A stretch of 32,000 bases of DNA from an uncultured Chloroflexia bacterium. GTDB taxonomy: Bacteria; Chloroflexota; Ktedonobacteria; Ktedonobacterales; JADMIN01. The position numbers and the translations under genes are program-made. The notes beneath the pieces were generated by a model. That model was not told the DNA's origin. It searched no databases and saw only the letters and a program-made list of their open reading frames with translations. Positions 29,537-32,000 of this stretch are shown piece by piece (the first letter of the stretch is position 1; every line of letters begins with the position of its first letter). The stretch spans positions 249,727 through 281,726 of the forward strand of contig CAWJCH010000011.1 of the NCBI GenBank assembly GCA_963841205.1. Reading direction: 5' to 3'.

Positions 29537-29658
29537 GTCCACATATTGTGGCTTGCAGTGTGTATTCCGGCGAAATCGACCACTGATTCCGAGAAATCCC
29601 GTCCACGCAGTCCGAAAAGTCGCGACCACGTGGGGACACGACACGTCACTGGTGATGT

Positions 29659-30417
29659 TCATGTAGCAGACGGGTCGGCGGTGCGCAAGGGGGCTGTGAC
29701 CTTGCGCAGCGAATCTCCTTTCAACAGTAGGGTATGGGCGGTGTGAATGAGCCGGTCCAAGATGGCGTCGGCGACGGTAGGATCGGCGAGTAGGGCATGC
29801 CAGTGGTCGGGTGGGACCTGGCTGACCACCAGGGTCGCATGCGTCTCGCAGCGATCGTCGACGATGTCGAGCAGATCGCGGCTTTGCGGCGGCGTGAGCG
29901 GTGCCAATCCCCAATCGTCGAGGACCAGCAAGTCAAAGCTGGCCAGTTGGCGCAACAAGCGGGGATAGGAGCCGTCGCCCTGGGCGAGCGTACAGGCGGC
30001 GAGCAGGCGCGAGACGCGATAGTAGCGGGCACTCAAGCCTTGCCGGCAGGCCGCTTGCGCCAAGGCGCAGGCGAGATAGGTCTTGCCGACGCCGGTCGGC
30101 CCGGAGATGAGCACGTTGTGGTGTTCGCGCACCCAGCGCGCGCCGGCCAACTCGCGCAGGAGGGCGCGGTCGAGGCCACGCGGAGTGGCAAAGTCGATGT
30201 CCTCCGGGCATGCGGGCAGTTTGAGGTGCGCGGCCTTGAGCAGCCGGGCCAGCCGGCGGTCCTGGCGAGCGGTCCATTCGCGGTCGACCAGCAGGCCGAA
30301 GCGTTCGTCGAAGGCCAGCGCGCCGGTAGCGGGTTGCTGCAGTTGCGCCTGGTAGGCATCGGCCATGCCCTGTAAGCGCATCTGCCGCAGGCTCTCAAGC
30401 GTTTGCTGCGTGAGCAT
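29659..30417 (-). CDS. istB: IS21-family helper ATPase IstB
   Basis: ATG 30417 gives MLTQQTLESLRQMRLQGM... Walker A GPTGVGKT. Walker B LLVLDDWG. Confidence 0.9.
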   Translation of the reverse strand: MLTQQTLESLRQMRLQGMADAYQAQLQQPATGALAFDERFGLLVDREWTARQDRRLARLLKAAHLKLPACPEDIDFATPRGLDRALLRELAGARWVREHHNVLISGPTGVGKTYLACALAQAACRQGLSARYYRVSRLLAACTLAQGDGSYPRLLRQLASFDLLVLDDWGLAPLTPPQSRDLLDIVDDRCETHATLVVSQVPPDHWHALLADPTVADAILDRLIHTAHTLLLKGDSLRKVTAPLRTADPSAT

Positions 30418-31981
30418 GGACCGGGTCCTCCTTTTCGCGGGGCTCGAGGCAATAATAGGCCGCGCCGCGGACATGGGCGTGCGCCGACAGGCTCTGCGAG
30501 AAGGCGCCCTGGCCAGGCACCGAGTCGCTCGGCAGCGCGCGTTGGTCAAGGCCGTGCTCGAGGATGGATTTGACGCTGCGGTAGGAGCGCGCGCCGATGG
30601 CCAGCGCCCGCGCGCTGGCAGCTTCGAGCCGTTCGGGCGGATACTGCCGGCTGAGGCGCTGCAGGCCCAGACACGACCGGTAGCCGTGTTCGGGGTGCGG
30701 GCGCGCCTCCAGGATCGTGCGGACGAGGGCGCCGGTGGACGGGCCGACCACCGCGGCCCAGTCTACCAGGCGCCCGGGCGTCCACTCCACATGCTTCTGG
30801 TGGGCCAGCGGCCGGTGCTGCGGATCCGTGATGCACTGGCCAGTTCGGTCGCTGCGGGGATGGCTGGCCACCCGGCGGCCATGATGCAACACTTCGACGA
30901 CGCTGGCGGTCAGCCGCACCTCCACTTCCTGACGTGCCAGGGCGGCGGGGACGCTGTAGTAACTGTGGTCGACCTCGAGGTGGTAGTCCACCCCCACCCG
31001 CACGCGCCGCCACTGCGCAAATTCGTAGGGCTGCACGGGTAACGGGCGCAGGGCCGGGCGGTCGAGCTGCGCGAACAGCGACCGTCGCGACCCCGGCAGT
31101 TTCTGAAAGGGCTTGTCGTTGAGCCGCTCCAGGAGCGCGCGGATGGCGGCGTTGAGTTCGGCCAGGCTGCAGAAGGTGCGGTGGCGCAGGACCGCCAGGA
31201 TCCAGCGTTCGACCACCAGCACGGCGTGTTCAACCTTGGCTTTGTCCTTGGGTTTATGGGGCCGGGTCGGCAGGATGGCCGTGCCGTAGTGTTCGGCCCA
31301 GGCGTAGTAGGTCGGGTTGACATCCGGCTCGTAGCGGTCGGCACGCGCCACGCCCGCCTTGAGGTTATCGGGCACGACTAGAGCCGGTACCCCACCGAAA
31401 AAGGCTAAGGCCCGGGTGTGGGCGCTAATCCAGGCCGGCAAGTCCTGGGAGAAGGCTGCTTCGGCATAGGTGTAGTTGCTCGCGCCCAGCACGGCGACGA
31501 AGACCTGCGCCGCCCGCACCTGGCCGGTCGCGGGGTCGGTCACCGCCACGGTCTGGCCGGCGTAGTCGACGAAGAGCTTCTCGCCCGCCACGTGGGTCTG
31601 GCGCAACGAGACATCGACCGTGCGCCGCCAGGCGCGGTAGCGCGCACAGAACTGGCTGTATTGGTAGCCGGTCGGGTGGGCGGCTTTGTATTCTAGCCAG
31701 AGCAATTGCAGCGTGACGCCTTTGCGCCGCAGTTCCTGATGGATCGTCGCCAGGTCCGGCTCGGGCTGGAGACGCGGACGGCCTTGCTTGTCCGGATACA
31801 GGCGCGCCACCAAGGCCGCCTCTTCCCAGTCGGCCACCACCGGCCACGAGAGGCCAGCCTGCTCGGCGCGGGTGAGCAGCTCGCTCACCGTGCTATGGGA
31901 CAGCCCGCAACTGCGGGCCACCGCCCGCACGCCCAGGCCCACCTCCCCGTGGAGGCGGAGCACCTCTTTGAGGGTTCGCAT
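30395..31981 (-). CDS. istA: IS21-family transposase IstA
   Basis: 528-aa intact ORF with an N-terminal HTH and a DDE core (...VDYAG...VPDNLK...). Confidence 0.9.
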   Translation of the reverse strand: MRTLKEVLRLHGEVGLGVRAVARSCGLSHSTVSELLTRAEQAGLSWPVVADWEEAALVARLYPDKQGRPRLQPEPDLATIHQELRRKGVTLQLLWLEYKAAHPTGYQYSQFCARYRAWRRTVDVSLRQTHVAGEKLFVDYAGQTVAVTDPATGQVRAAQVFVAVLGASNYTYAEAAFSQDLPAWISAHTRALAFFGGVPALVVPDNLKAGVARADRYEPDVNPTYYAWAEHYGTAILPTRPHKPKDKAKVEHAVLVVERWILAVLRHRTFCSLAELNAAIRALLERLNDKPFQKLPGSRRSLFAQLDRPALRPLPVQPYEFAQWRRVRVGVDYHLEVDHSYYSVPAALARQEVEVRLTASVVEVLHHGRRVASHPRSDRTGQCITDPQHRPLAHQKHVEWTPGRLVDWAAVVGPSTGALVRTILEARPHPEHGYRSCLGLQRLSRQYPPERLEAASARALAIGARSYRSVKSILEHGLDQRALPSDSVPGQGAFSQSLSAHAHVRGAAYYCLEPREKEDPVHAHAANA

Positions 31982-32000
31982 GGATAGCCTCCGGTTGGCC

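Larger units (their letters stand above)
29533..32000 (-). mobile_element. IS21-family element (partial; upstream end beyond the window, downstream end not resolved)
   Basis: istA and istB overlap by 23 nt. GTCCAC-containing subterminal repeats at about 29537 and 29601. The true end lies somewhere between 29466 and 29658. Confidence 0.6.

Noticed and set aside
29432-29746. 104-aa plus-strand ORF spanning motif copy d and the IS21 end
   Set aside because: It runs through repeats and antisense into istB, with no RBS or motifs.

Overview
High-GC (by eye above 60%) bacterial chromosomal window. F420/Ddn-type and TadG-type genes suggest Chloroflexota or Actinomycetota, but this cannot be decided from sequence alone. 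Order of content: (1) a minus-strand sulfur-trafficking operon (CsoR/CstR-like regulator, DsrE-like, TusA-like, DsrE-like, TusA-like, SQR-like flavoprotein) with a CsoR-type GC-rich palindromic operator. (2) Ddn-like and YceI-like genes and a DoxX-like gene. (3) A group-1 (Tat-exported, cytochrome-b-linked) [NiFe] uptake hydrogenase cluster: small subunit, large subunit, cytochrome b, maturation protease, hypA, hypC, followed by an EamA transporter and a conserved hypothetical. (4) An IS630-family element with TA duplication. (5) An orphan fused cytochrome b. (6) A sensorless histidine kinase. (7) An IS481-family element with perfect 18-bp TIRs. (8) A low-GC islet with a nucleoside 2-deoxyribosyltransferase-like gene. 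(9) A TetR-controlled SDR/peroxiredoxin-like pair. (10) A two-component system followed by a pentapeptide-repeat protein, a YbjN-like protein and a 713-aa TadG-like protein. (11) A partial IS21 element (istA/istB). Three things are not explained by ordinary annotation. First, about twenty single-nucleotide frame disruptions are concentrated in seven genes (hydrogenase structural genes, doxX-like, csoR-like, SDR, IS630 transposase), while about 19 kb of other ORFs are intact. Second, a dispersed about 18-nt motif (GGTTCTCTTCACCTCCGC, containing the anti-SD core) occurs six times: once as both arms of a hairpin at one locus, and twice (loci 14285 and 17875) within 30 nt of a mapped IS end. Third, there are two diverged paralogous HTH-type ORF remnants. 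No tRNA, rRNA or CRISPR array was seen.
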